From a virus, in IMG/VR virus record IMGVR_UViG_3300015615_001189, positions 8,497-72,496 of that record: a DNA stretch of 64,000 nt. One strand, 5' to 3'. Positions within the stretch are counted from its first letter, which is position 1. Each line of letters starts with the position of its first letter. This document shows positions 45,941 to 53,861 of the stretch, one piece after another. The notes under the pieces are model-generated. The model saw only the letters and a list, made by a program, of their open reading frames with translations. It was not told the origin of the DNA and searched no databases. The translations under genes and the position numbers were made by a program.

Positions 45941-45973
45941 CTAAGACGAACGAGAGGCTCTAGCGTCAGCGGA
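45941..45973 (-). promoter_or_regulatory. ECF-like promoter copy
   Basis: TCCGCTGACG-N15-CGTCTTAG, 6 nt before ATG 45934. Confidence 0.7.
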
Positions 45974-45980
45974 GTTGTGG

Positions 45981-46622
45981 TCAAATCAGTGGAATGGGAG
46001 AGTTCTGCGGAGGTTGAGTTGTGCCTCTTGGCGGGAATCCCATTGCAGTAATCGGATTCCAGTCGTCGAATGACTCCGTCCAGACAAGTGCGTCGTCAGG
46101 TATAAGCATTGCGTTCCACATTTGCCGGACAGCTTCGCCAGAGATTGGGCCGTATTGATTCCCGCCATAGGAGAGAAAGAAAAGGGATGGTGGCTCAGGC
46201 GGGCTGATGACAGCCGCTGCCAATTCGGGCTCTTTGCTCTCCTCCTTGAATTCGGCCCATCGGTTCCGAACGTAGATAAAGTGCGCTATCCAAAGCACAG
46301 GATTTAGCGTGAGGATTGTTCCGAGCACCCATGCCCATCTTTGACGCTGAATAATGTATGATCCGGCCGCTGCTCCAAGCGTGAAGTTGAGAGCCAACAT
46401 CAAAGCCGGCCCAGCGATATCTGGAAAACTCGCGGCACTGTAAAGCATCAGGAGCGCCAATGCTGCCTGCCCAAGCCAGACGGACCCGATGAAATAACCC
46501 CAGCGGTATGGCCGCGTGTTGGGCGAGCGCGATTTACGGGCGGTCTCAAGTTTTCCTGAAACGACGAAAGACACGATAACAACGATCCCCATGATGCCCG
46601 CGGGTATGTGCTCGGGATTCAT
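45981..46622 (-). CDS. Multi-TM protein with C-terminal GYF_2 (DUF4339)-like domain
   Basis: Several TM helices; GNQYGP...LVWTESFDDW; lower GC. Confidence 0.7.
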   Translation of the reverse strand: MNPEHIPAGIMGIVVIVSFVVSGKLETARKSRSPNTRPYRWGYFIGSVWLGQAALALLMLYSAASFPDIAGPALMLALNFTLGAAAGSYIIQRQRWAWVLGTILTLNPVLWIAHFIYVRNRWAEFKEESKEPELAAAVISPPEPPSLFFLSYGGNQYGPISGEAVRQMWNAMLIPDDALVWTESFDDWNPITAMGFPPRGTTQPPQNSPIPLI

Positions 46623-46796
46623 GAGACCGTGCTACAAAATTGAGGCCACTCCGCAAAGCGTTTTGTGGCCACAATCGGCATGAGGGCAATCGCGTTGTTC
46701 CTCAAAATGTTCCTCAGCCGGGAAGCGCGTTGGACACGGTTTGTAAAATTCGTGTCCAATCGCGCCCACAGCAAACCGTGTCCAACGCGAGGCGCA

Positions 46797-47357
46797 TCAT
46801 GCGGTTTTCGCTCCATCCTTCTGCTCGCGGATCAACTGATCGATCCGGCCACCGAGGTCCTTTGGCCATTTGCGCTCGGGGTTGCCGAAGTCCGTGGAGA
46901 GCCGGGCAAAGACCTGCTCTCGAATCCAGTCCGGCTCGCGCAAGAGAGGCGCGCACTTGTGGTGGGGCACCCGTTTCGGCCCCTTCTCCGCGAGGCTGAA
47001 AAAGATGAGCCCTGTGATGTAAGCGGAGGCGGAGCGGTAGCGCTCCTCCTTGATGCGCCGCTGGACTAACGGAATCAATTCCGTCGGCACAGACACATTG
47101 TATCGAAACGGCAACTTTGCCCGTGCTTCCTTGTCGATGAATCCAAGTTCCTCTGCCAGCGTCTCCGCGCGCAACTCCACCTCCCACCGTGGCAGCTGCA
47201 TCAATGGCCCGGTCAGCGTGTGCGGCTGGCGCGAGTAAATGTCCCATAAGATCACGCCTAAGCCATAGTCGGAGGCGCAGGGATAGTGCTGCTGGCGTAC
47301 ATCGATACGGAGAGGTTTCTCCAGCATCGCTGGAAGGTTCGCAGTGATTTTGACCAT
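46797..47357 (-). CDS. Tandem ribbon-helix-helix-like protein
   Basis: Internal duplication ITANLP..L...Y..ASDY..G.I and YNVSVP..L...Y.SASAY..GLI. Confidence 0.55.
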   Translation of the reverse strand: MVKITANLPAMLEKPLRIDVRQQHYPCASDYGLGVILWDIYSRQPHTLTGPLMQLPRWEVELRAETLAEELGFIDKEARAKLPFRYNVSVPTELIPLVQRRIKEERYRSASAYITGLIFFSLAEKGPKRVPHHKCAPLLREPDWIREQVFARLSTDFGNPERKWPKDLGGRIDQLIREQKDGAKTA

Positions 47358-47464
47358 TGTTCAGGGGGTGTGAATAACTCTGCATCCGGCAAATGCGCGC
47401 AGATGCATGGAGATCATTTGTCTATCAGGGACGTGGATGAAAATGGTGTGCGTATGAACATGCA

Positions 47465-47662
47465 CTATTTCGCGGCTTTTTTATTCGCCCTTTGTTGTTC
47501 AGCTTCGGCGCGCTCGACGAACTCTACGAGTGCTCTCCTTGTGAGTTCGGAGACATCGGCGCCGGTTGCGCTACTTTCCGCTATGGCGGCTACGCGGTCC
47601 TTCAGCGAGCGCGGAACGCGCACCCGGATCATGTCCGTGAGAGAGCCCTTACCTCGCCCCAT
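47465..47662 (-). CDS. Ribbon-helix-helix regulator
   Basis: MIRVRVPRSLKDRV...VSELTRRALVEFV. Confidence 0.75.
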   Translation of the reverse strand: MGRGKGSLTDMIRVRVPRSLKDRVAAIAESSATGADVSELTRRALVEFVERAEAEQQRANKKAAK

Positions 47663-47834
47663 GCAGCGGGATCGGTGGCTGCGAGATGATCGGCGCAGCA
47701 TATTGTTTGATCGCAAGTCGAATCACATCGGATTCATCAAGATCAAGCGCCTGCGCCACGAGTTGCAACAAAACCTTCGTTTCCTGACCACAACGCGCCC
47801 GGACCACGAATTTTTTGGGTGAGTTTCGTCTCAT
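47649..47834 (-). CDS. Ribbon-helix-helix regulator
   Basis: VVRARCGQETKVLL...ESDVIRLAIKQY. Confidence 0.7.
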   Translation of the reverse strand: MRRNSPKKFVVRARCGQETKVLLQLVAQALDLDESDVIRLAIKQYAAPIISQPPIPLHGAR

Positions 47835-47840
47835 ATAAAC

Positions 47841-47947
47841 GCCACATTGTAGCCACAAAATAACCCTCCGCAATGAAAAAAAATCTTGCACCCTCCAACG
47901 ATTATACGATTCTATTTGTAGCACAAGAGAGCTACAAAGCTGCTACA
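47841..47947. promoter_or_regulatory. Divergent control region with repeated TGT(A/G)GC operator half-sites
   Basis: TTGTAGCCACAA 47847, TTGTAGCACAA 47916, GCTACAA 47931, GCTACA 47942; AT-rich. Confidence 0.6.
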
Positions 47948-47965
47948 CAATCCCCGCAACAGAAT

Positions 47966-48142
47966 ATGCCTCGAAAAAACTTACTCGATCTGATCCGGTT
48001 CCGGACAACTCCTGAATTTAAGCGGCGAGTGCGGCGGCTGGCCAAAAGCCGCCAGTGCGACATTTCGGATTTGGCGCGGCAGGCGTTGATTGACTACATC
48101 GAAGTCCACGAGGCGAAACTCTCGGCTCCCGGCGCCAAATAA
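47966..48142 (+). CDS. Ribbon-helix-helix regulator (divergent)
   Basis: LIRFRTTPEFKRRV...ISDLARQALIDY. Confidence 0.75.
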   Translation: MPRKNLLDLIRFRTTPEFKRRVRRLAKSRQCDISDLARQALIDYIEVHEAKLSAPGAK

Positions 48143-48147
48143 CCGCC

Positions 48148-48567
48148 ATGAGCCGCCGCAAAAAACGCCAAATCATCAGGCTGACTCCTTTGCGCGAGGT
48201 TCGCAGGCTGATGGAGAAGCAGGCTACGAAGGAGGTGGCTGAGTTTCTTCGTTTCGCCCGAGCCCTTCTACCTCTCGTCGGTCTATCCTTGCCGCCAGCC
48301 AAGGATTTTCGTCCTCCAGTTTCTCCAAAAGGCGCTGATGCCAGTGCTGCGATTCGGCCTCAAGCTCCGACAAAAGCTGGTCGCGCGGCTTCCCGGAAAC
48401 GCTCGAAGCAAACATCAAAAAAGCTTGCCTCAGGGCCAGGTGCTCGGCGCGCATCTGATAGTTCTGCGACAGCAGTTCGAAAAGGAGGAGGCGTTCGCGG
48501 TTCGATTCGTCGGGCACGGCGAAAGGCGACTACCGCAACCCCGCGGAAGCGGCAAAACAAAAAATAA
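48148..48567 (+). CDS. Basic low-complexity protein (overlaps antisense ORF)
   Basis: Operonic position; K/R-rich. Confidence 0.35.
   Translation: MSRRKKRQIIRLTPLREVRRLMEKQATKEVAEFLRFARALLPLVGLSLPPAKDFRPPVSPKGADASAAIRPQAPTKAGRAASRKRSKQTSKKLASGPGARRASDSSATAVRKGGGVRGSIRRARRKATTATPRKRQNKK
48224..48517 (-). CDS. Helical hypothetical protein
   Basis: Amphipathic helical sequence with globular composition. Confidence 0.55.
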   Translation of the reverse strand: MPDESNRERLLLFELLSQNYQMRAEHLALRQAFLMFASSVSGKPRDQLLSELEAESQHWHQRLLEKLEDENPWLAARIDRREVEGLGRNEETQPPPS

Positions 48568-48579
48568 CCCGCCCTCGGA

Positions 48580-48918
48580 ATGATGAAAAAACGCACCCCA
48601 TTCTTCCGCCACTCGCCGCAAGTCGATCGCGCGTTCCTGCGGGCGAAGTTCCCGCTGCCGCCTGAGCCGCCCTACATCAAAGTGCGCACCGAAGCGGACA
48701 AGAAGCACAATGGCGAACTGGCCGAGCAGTGGCTCCGCGACGTGGAAGAGGTGAAGCGGAAGGAGCGCGAGTATCTCGCGAACTGCCTGCGTCTCGATGT
48801 GCGCCTGGACGACAGCGACGCGCGGCGGACGGCGAATCTCAAACGCGGCCGCAACGCCGCAAAGTCCCGCCGCCGGATGACGGTGGCACGTGAACGTGAG
48901 CACCTGAAAGCAGCATGA
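48580..48918 (+). CDS. Hypothetical protein
   Basis: ATGA-coupled to next gene. Confidence 0.6.
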   Translation: MMKKRTPFFRHSPQVDRAFLRAKFPLPPEPPYIKVRTEADKKHNGELAEQWLRDVEEVKRKEREYLANCLRLDVRLDDSDARRTANLKRGRNAAKSRRRMTVAREREHLKAA

Positions 48919-49304
48919 AAGACCAAAGCAAGAACCGTCCGCTCCCGGCCCACTTTAGCGACACCACGCCGATGAACATCGGCGAACTCGCCGCGTTCGT
49001 CGGCAGATCCCAAGTGATGATTCGCCAGGACATGGCCGAGGGGTATCAGTTTGAATTTCCCCGCTGGAGAAAGTCCACACCCAACCACTACAAAGATTGG
49101 GCGAGACAACAGCCGCCCCGGACATTGAGCGAGGCAGACCTCAGCCTGGAAGATCAAGCGCGGCTGGAACGTGAGTTAAATCGTTTGCGTTCAACTTCTG
49201 GTAAAGCTCGTGGACCGCAGTCGAACCGTGATTCACAAACCGCTTCGCCTCAGCCACCGAAACCCCGCGCCGCCCGTCGCGCCCACTCAGCGCCGCTCGC
49301 GTAA
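48915..49304 (+). CDS. Excisionase-like HTH protein
   Basis: MNIGELAAFVGRSQVMIRQD; convergent with and overlapping the integrase 3' end. Confidence 0.55.
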   Translation: MKDQSKNRPLPAHFSDTTPMNIGELAAFVGRSQVMIRQDMAEGYQFEFPRWRKSTPNHYKDWARQQPPRTLSEADLSLEDQARLERELNRLRSTSGKARGPQSNRDSQTASPQPPKPRAARRAHSAPLA

Positions 49305-50187
49305 TCCACGTCACCCGCAGCCCGTGATGACTCAGATTCTGCAACCCCATCTCGTCGAGAAATCGACGCCATTCCACGCTCGGCAAAAGCGGAATGTCGC
49401 ACAGCGTCTTTTTCCCGTCGCGCTCGCGGGCGGTGGCGATTCTTTGCAGATACGGGATCGCGTGCCGGTCCAGCGGTTGAGTGAACGGTTTGTCGCCCTT
49501 CGTCCGGCGGTAAGTGATGTAGCCGTTTCGAAGATCGAGATCGCTCAGGGGCACTGCGCATTGGCGCAAGCGCGCCGCTTGGTAGAAGCCGAGGATCAAC
49601 GTCGCCAGCATCCACGCGGGGCCGGTTTCTTCGAGTTTGGCGCGCACGCGCTTAAACTCTTCATCGGTCCAGGGCTGCTTTTCCTTTGGCTTCTCGCGCT
49701 CCCATCCGAGGCGGACGCAGGGGTTGGATTCGGCAAACTCTCGTCGCACCGCTTCCTGCATCACAAGACCGAGCAGCTTCACCTCCTGGATGATGGTGTT
49801 GATGCTGGCGCCTTGCTCGCTGCGAGCGTCCCGGTAGCGGGGCAGGTGCGCATAGCGAAGTTGGTTCGGACTGGTGATGTTCTCGCTCTGGAGCCATCCG
49901 CTGACCAGCCGCCAGTGGCGCGAGTAGACTTTCAAAGTGAGGTTGCTACGCCGCCCGTACCGCTCGTGCAGCCAACGCTCGACCCACTCTTCGAACGCGG
50001 CTCCGTGGCCATGCGGACGACGCGTCCGCTCCTCCTCCGTGAGCTTGCGGGCGAGCAACTCGGCCTGCCGCCGATCGCCGGGATTGTCCTTCCTGTATCC
50101 AGTGCTTTCGCTGACCCACTCTCCCCGTTCGTTTTTCTTGCGGATGTAGAAGTAAGCCGAGGTCTTTCGCTTGTAGATGCTGGCCAT
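49141..50187 (-). CDS. int: Tyrosine integrase
   Basis: MASIYKR arm-binding start; AARLRQ (R), TKG (K), HGLR (HxxR), NHGS...ELY (H, Y). Confidence 0.92.
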   Translation of the reverse strand: MASIYKRKTSAYFYIRKKNERGEWVSESTGYRKDNPGDRRQAELLARKLTEEERTRRPHGHGAAFEEWVERWLHERYGRRSNLTLKVYSRHWRLVSGWLQSENITSPNQLRYAHLPRYRDARSEQGASINTIIQEVKLLGLVMQEAVRREFAESNPCVRLGWEREKPKEKQPWTDEEFKRVRAKLEETGPAWMLATLILGFYQAARLRQCAVPLSDLDLRNGYITYRRTKGDKPFTQPLDRHAIPYLQRIATARERDGKKTLCDIPLLPSVEWRRFLDEMGLQNLSHHGLRVTWITRAALSGRDGRRGVSVAEAKRFVNHGSTAVHELYQKLNANDLTHVPAALDLPG

Positions 50188-50285
50188 AAATTTTGTGTAA
50201 CACGGTGTAGCAAACAGATCGAAGACAACCATCGAAATATGAAGCCTTTTGAAGATTTCCCAACTTCAAAAACCCAACCTCTCGG

Positions 50286-50320
50286 GCCAAAGGTTATGGG
50301 TTCGACCCCCGTCGGGCGCA
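50286..50320 (+). other. 3' tRNA fragment (Arg-like), probable prophage attR core
   Basis: GCCAA-AGGTT-ATGGG-TTCGACC-CCCGT-CGGGCGC-A with no 5' half; adjacent to integrase. Confidence 0.75.
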
Positions 50321-50344
50321 CTTTTAAAGAGAAAAGGTGTTCGT

Positions 50345-50574
50345 TGTCGGCCCAATTCTTAAAAGGCCAGAATAGCCCGCAATAGCCCATAATAGCCCGC
50401 AATAGCCTCGAAAAGCGGCACTTGCGCAGTTTCCACTCTACAGAGAAGGCGGCCGGATTCACCGCCGACTTCTTAAGAGCTGGGCGATCGCTTAAATTGC
50501 GTGTCCGGGCGACTTCCGGCCTTTTACAGAGGAGCGGACACGCGAAGGGCGAGTTTTTAAGAAGTCGGCGGTAA
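50345..50574. repeat. Three candidate transposase-binding sites (GCCgAcTTCTTAAaA)
   Basis: TGTCGGCCCAATTCTTAAAA 50345-50364; ACCGCCGACTTCTTAA 50461-50476; inverted copy TTAAGAAGTCGGCGGT 50557-50572. Confidence 0.6.
50371..50410 (+). repeat. Four tandem 10-bp units AATAGCCnnn
   Basis: aatagcccgc aatagcccat aatagcccgc aatagcctcg. Confidence 0.85.
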
Positions 50575-50799
50575 ACGAAAAGGTCGGAAGTCGGAAGGTT
50601 TTCAGAGCCCGTGCGGGCGGTATGCAGGCCCACTGCGAGGGATGGTTTCCGCGACCGGTGACAAATTCTCCAACCGCTGCCAAATCGGGCGAAAGAGTGC
50701 CGCCGGTGCATCTGCAACGCCGGCCTTTCGGCCCGCGCGCGCTCCCGGCGGCACTGCAAGGATACGCCGTGCCCTTTAACCTGCAAGCGATCCCGTCCC

Positions 50800-51303
50800 T
50801 TACGGGATGCGCCGCTTCAAAATAACTTCGTAGCTGAAGGAGCGGGCGTAGCCCTCGCCCGAAGAGGCGCGCCGCGCGGACACAATCTCCCAGCCTTCGC
50901 GGCCAAGTTCATTCATTTCCAAGGAAAAAGTAGAATCGGTCGGCGCGGCGACCATGAATTGAAATCGCGGCGGCTTCTGCGCTTCGATCGCCTTCCACGC
51001 GATAAAGACGAGGAGGAAAATAGCCACCACCGAAACCAGCGTCGAAGTGTTGCCGATGGCCGGCGCTGGTTTGGCGGGGTTCTTCGCGGCCGGCGCGGCC
51101 TTGCCCGCCGCCTGGTCAGCGGAGGGAGCCGGCGTGAGTGGGGCAATCTGCGAAAGTGGGAGCCACTCGGCGCTGCTCTCCGTTCGCGCCGTTTGTTGCG
51201 GATTGATCGTGCCACCGCTGACCGCGGCCTTGATCTGCTCGATGGTGTAGGGGCCGTGCTCCGCACCATCGATCCATAGAATGTAACGCGTCGTAGGGTT
51301 CAT
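50800..51303 (-). CDS. GYF_2 + TM + DUF4177-like protein
   Basis: GAEHGPYTIEQI...EWLPL; TM; MNELGREGWEIVS...ILKR. Confidence 0.75.
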   Translation of the reverse strand: MNPTTRYILWIDGAEHGPYTIEQIKAAVSGGTINPQQTARTESSAEWLPLSQIAPLTPAPSADQAAGKAAPAAKNPAKPAPAIGNTSTLVSVVAIFLLVFIAWKAIEAQKPPRFQFMVAAPTDSTFSLEMNELGREGWEIVSARRASSGEGYARSFSYEVILKRRIP

Positions 51304-51361
51304 GGGGGCTGTGAGAAAGGCACTCTGCGCGCCCGCCTGCAACGCGAAAGATGGCAGACGT

Positions 51362-51403
51362 AAAAACGAAAAGGGCCGGGAAGCGGTGAAGCGTTCCCGG
51401 CCC
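51362..51403 (-). terminator. Rho-independent terminator
   Basis: GGGCCGGGAA/TTCCCGGCCC stem followed on minus strand by TTTTCGTTTTT. Confidence 0.75.
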
Positions 51404-51424
51404 GTTCTCATGATGCGCCTGCCG

Positions 51425-51745
51425 CTAATACCGAGGACGCCTGCGGAGCAATTCTCTGGCTTCGCGCGCGACGGGGGATTTGCCCCCATCGCGCGCGGCG
51501 ATGCGTTCCAGCATCGGGACGAGAAACTCGACCAATGCCCGCGTGTTTGCGAGCCTTCGCGCTTCGTCGCTTCGCCGAGATGCCCTCAGCGTTTTCGGCG
51601 TGGTATGCCCCATCTGATCGGTGAGTGTGGGCGTCTTCAGTTTCGTTAGCTTCATCACAAGGCCCGGCTTCACGACGCGGCGCTTGGCGGGGCGTTGCGG
51701 TATGCGCGAGCGGCCCGCGGCGGTGTGGAGTTTGATCGTCTTCAT
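51425..51745 (-). CDS. Basic hypothetical protein
   Basis: ORF in minus-strand operon. Confidence 0.55.
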   Translation of the reverse strand: MKTIKLHTAAGRSRIPQRPAKRRVVKPGLVMKLTKLKTPTLTDQMGHTTPKTLRASRRSDEARRLANTRALVEFLVPMLERIAARDGGKSPVAREARELLRRRPRY

Positions 51746-51751
51746 GCGTGT

Positions 51752-52537
51752 TTAGGCAGCGTGCTCCACGATGCGTTTGGAGAGCGCAGCGACGCGCAAC
51801 TCGCCGAGCAGTTGCATGAGGCGCGTCGGGCCGTCGCGGTCGTAATCGGTCGCGAGCCCGCACCACTCGGAGCAGATTTGCTCCAGCGCGCACAGCGCCT
51901 CGACGAGTGCGCAGGCCTCGCCCGGATTGAGCACCGCGCCGGCCAGCTCGCCGAGCGCCGCCGCGTGCGGGCCGAAGGCTTCCGCCAGCGCGTAGAGCAG
52001 CGATTGACCGTCGAGCTGCACGAAGCAACCGAAGGCGGGCAGGTCGTTGCCTCGCGCGATCCACTCCTCCCCATGATTGCACGAGTTAACGTCGCCGCAC
52101 ACCGCCAGCCACTCCGCCCACTCGCCACGTTTGACGGCCGCCATCGAATCGCCCGGCCCAAAGACGGACGGTCCGCGCAGCACGCGATGGGCGAAAAACT
52201 CCCCTTCGTTGGCGAGCAGGGAGCAGATGTGCCACGCGAGGTTATCGACATCGTAAGTGGCATCGCCCACGCCGAAGGTCAGGATCGAAAACGTGGGACG
52301 GTTGCGCGGCAGCTTGCCTTTCGGCGTGAACACTTTCATCAACTCGAAACGACGCGCGCGGTCTTTGGCGCTCGCGCGCGGCGAGGTCGGGGGCGGGGGC
52401 AGAGCCGCGATGGCGTTCATCTGCGCCACGGTGAGTTCGCCCTTGGGGCGCTCGCGGCGGCGTTTGGGGGCCGCACCATTTGATTGCGCGGGCTTCCGCG
52501 CGGACTTACGTTCGTTGCCGATCCGATTTGCTTTCAT
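51752..52537 (-). CDS. Hypothetical protein
   Basis: 261-aa ORF, normal codon usage. Confidence 0.65.
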   Translation of the reverse strand: MKANRIGNERKSARKPAQSNGAAPKRRRERPKGELTVAQMNAIAALPPPPTSPRASAKDRARRFELMKVFTPKGKLPRNRPTFSILTFGVGDATYDVDNLAWHICSLLANEGEFFAHRVLRGPSVFGPGDSMAAVKRGEWAEWLAVCGDVNSCNHGEEWIARGNDLPAFGCFVQLDGQSLLYALAEAFGPHAAALGELAGAVLNPGEACALVEALCALEQICSEWCGLATDYDRDGPTRLMQLLGELRVAALSKRIVEHAA

Positions 52538-52808
52538 TTTCTGTGTTTGTTGATCGGGTCATTCGCCGCCGCGGTGTTAGCGCACCGCGGCGGTCTGCTT
52601 TTTGTTTGGCTTCGGCGGCCGTGACCCATTTCAGCAGCCTCAGCGTGACTTCACCGCCGGGCTCAAATCGCCCGCTCAGCCAGTCGCTCAGGGTCGAACG
52701 CGAAACCCCCAAGTGCTCAGCCAGCGACACCGCCGCGCCGCGCGCCTTAGTGAGCGTGCGGACACGCCGGAAGAGGCGGTCGAGTTCAGGGGTGGCTCGT
52801 TTAACCAT
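52506..52808 (-). CDS. XRE-family HTH protein
   Basis: LAEHLGVSRSTLSDWLSGRFEP; upstream TTGACG and TGTTCG-N8-CGAACA inverted repeat. Confidence 0.8.
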   Translation of the reverse strand: MVKRATPELDRLFRRVRTLTKARGAAVSLAEHLGVSRSTLSDWLSGRFEPGGEVTLRLLKWVTAAEAKQKADRRGALTPRRRMTRSTNTENESKSDRQRT

Positions 52809-52846
52809 GCATGACTGTTCGCGAATTCCCGAACAACGTCAAGCGG

Positions 52847-53521
52847 CTATTTCTTACGACGCATGTGCGATCGCCACCGTTTTTCTAATTCTGGCCGAAT
52901 CACCTCATCTCGTTCACGGTCGAGCAGCTCCGCAAAAGTGCCACCCCTCCGGTGAGGTTTCCCGTGGTATTCTTCGGACAGGCGCAGCAGATCACTAGAC
53001 AAGGCTAAAACGCTTTCACGGTCGAGGAAATGCGCGGTCCAAATGAGTGCCTTGGTCGAGTTGCGTATCACCGTCATCATCATTTCGGACGGTGGCGAGC
53101 GAAGCGGGGGTTGATGGTCGAATGCAGTATCCCATGAATCGTTCGCTTCTAAAGGAGCGACAGGTCCGATCGAGCGGAACACCGAATTCATCTCAGTTGC
53201 CAGGAGCGCGTCATACACATCCGAAAAAAGCGCGCTTTTCGGAACAGTGGCGGCAACAATTTCATCAACTTCGGCATATGGTCGCCGTGGAAGTTGTCCA
53301 GTCGCTACCCATCGCTGATTCGCGAAGGTTTTCGCGGCGATGCGGTCCCCGATCCAATAGGGCACGGGGCTTCGCCCATGCTCGTAGCTTGAAAGCCGGT
53401 TCACATCGATGCCGATCCGCCGCGCTAATTCGGCCTGGCGCAGACCGGCACTCTCGCGCGCCGCGCGAAAGCGAGCGCAGATTTCGCGTTCACGAGTGGG
53501 AATAGGGTTTTTACGAGGCAC
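52847..53521 (-). CDS. XRE-family repressor
   Basis: RESAGLRQAELARRIGI...LSSYEHG...RWVATG. Confidence 0.8.
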   Translation of the reverse strand: MPRKNPIPTREREICARFRAARESAGLRQAELARRIGIDVNRLSSYEHGRSPVPYWIGDRIAAKTFANQRWVATGQLPRRPYAEVDEIVAATVPKSALFSDVYDALLATEMNSVFRSIGPVAPLEANDSWDTAFDHQPPLRSPPSEMMMTVIRNSTKALIWTAHFLDRESVLALSSDLLRLSEEYHGKPHRRGGTFAELLDRERDEVIRPELEKRWRSHMRRKK

Positions 53522-53564
53522 GGAGTGCGCGTGTAGCGCGCGCGCAAATCAGACGCACTAAAGA

Positions 53565-53601
53565 TTGACAGTTTAATGGAATACATGAAACATATATTCC
53601 A
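53565..53601 (+). promoter_or_regulatory. Promoter/operator between repressor and Cro-like gene
   Basis: TTGACA at 53565; inverted repeat TGGAATA/TATTCCA. Confidence 0.55.
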
Positions 53602-53608
53602 ATAACAA

Positions 53609-53857
53609 ATGCCAAAAGGCCCGACACGATTTCCAAATAGTGCTTCGATCGCTGCGCAGCTCGGAACGAATCGCACGACACTTTGGCGCGCGCTCACGGG
53701 CCAGTCGATCACGCCGCGGAGCCGCGAGTTGGCGCGGCGTTACCGCGAGTTGGCTTTTCCGGGCTTGGCTGCGGTCTTCGGGCTCGCGGAGGGCACGCGC
53801 CTCCAGGCGCGAGAGCCTCGTCGCCGTGCTGCGCGCCCGCGAAGTTCTACCCTCTAA
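53609..53857 (+). CDS. Cro/Ner-like HTH protein
   Basis: IAAQLGTNRTTLWRALTG; divergent from repressor. Confidence 0.7.
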   Translation: MPKGPTRFPNSASIAAQLGTNRTTLWRALTGQSITPRSRELARRYRELAFPGLAAVFGLAEGTRLQAREPRRRAARPRSSTL

Positions 53858-53861
53858 CTCC

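Larger units (their letters stand above)
1..50320. mobile_element. Temperate podovirus-like prophage (right part; left end outside window)
   Basis: Terminase, portal, scaffold, N4-gp56-like capsid, adaptors, tail fibres, endolysin and integrase, ending at a 3' tRNA fragment; no tail sheath/tube or tape-measure gene recognised in this part. Confidence 0.9.

Noticed and set aside
50250..50320. Intact tRNA gene
   Set aside because: Only the 3' half is present; no 5' acceptor strand or D arm
50371..50410. CRISPR array
   Set aside because: 10-bp tandem units with no spacers and no cas genes; no repeat-spacer array seen anywhere in the window
52816..52835. Verrucomicrobial LexA box
   Set aside because: The TGTTC/GAACA halves are 10 nt apart, not 4; more likely an operator of the adjacent HTH gene
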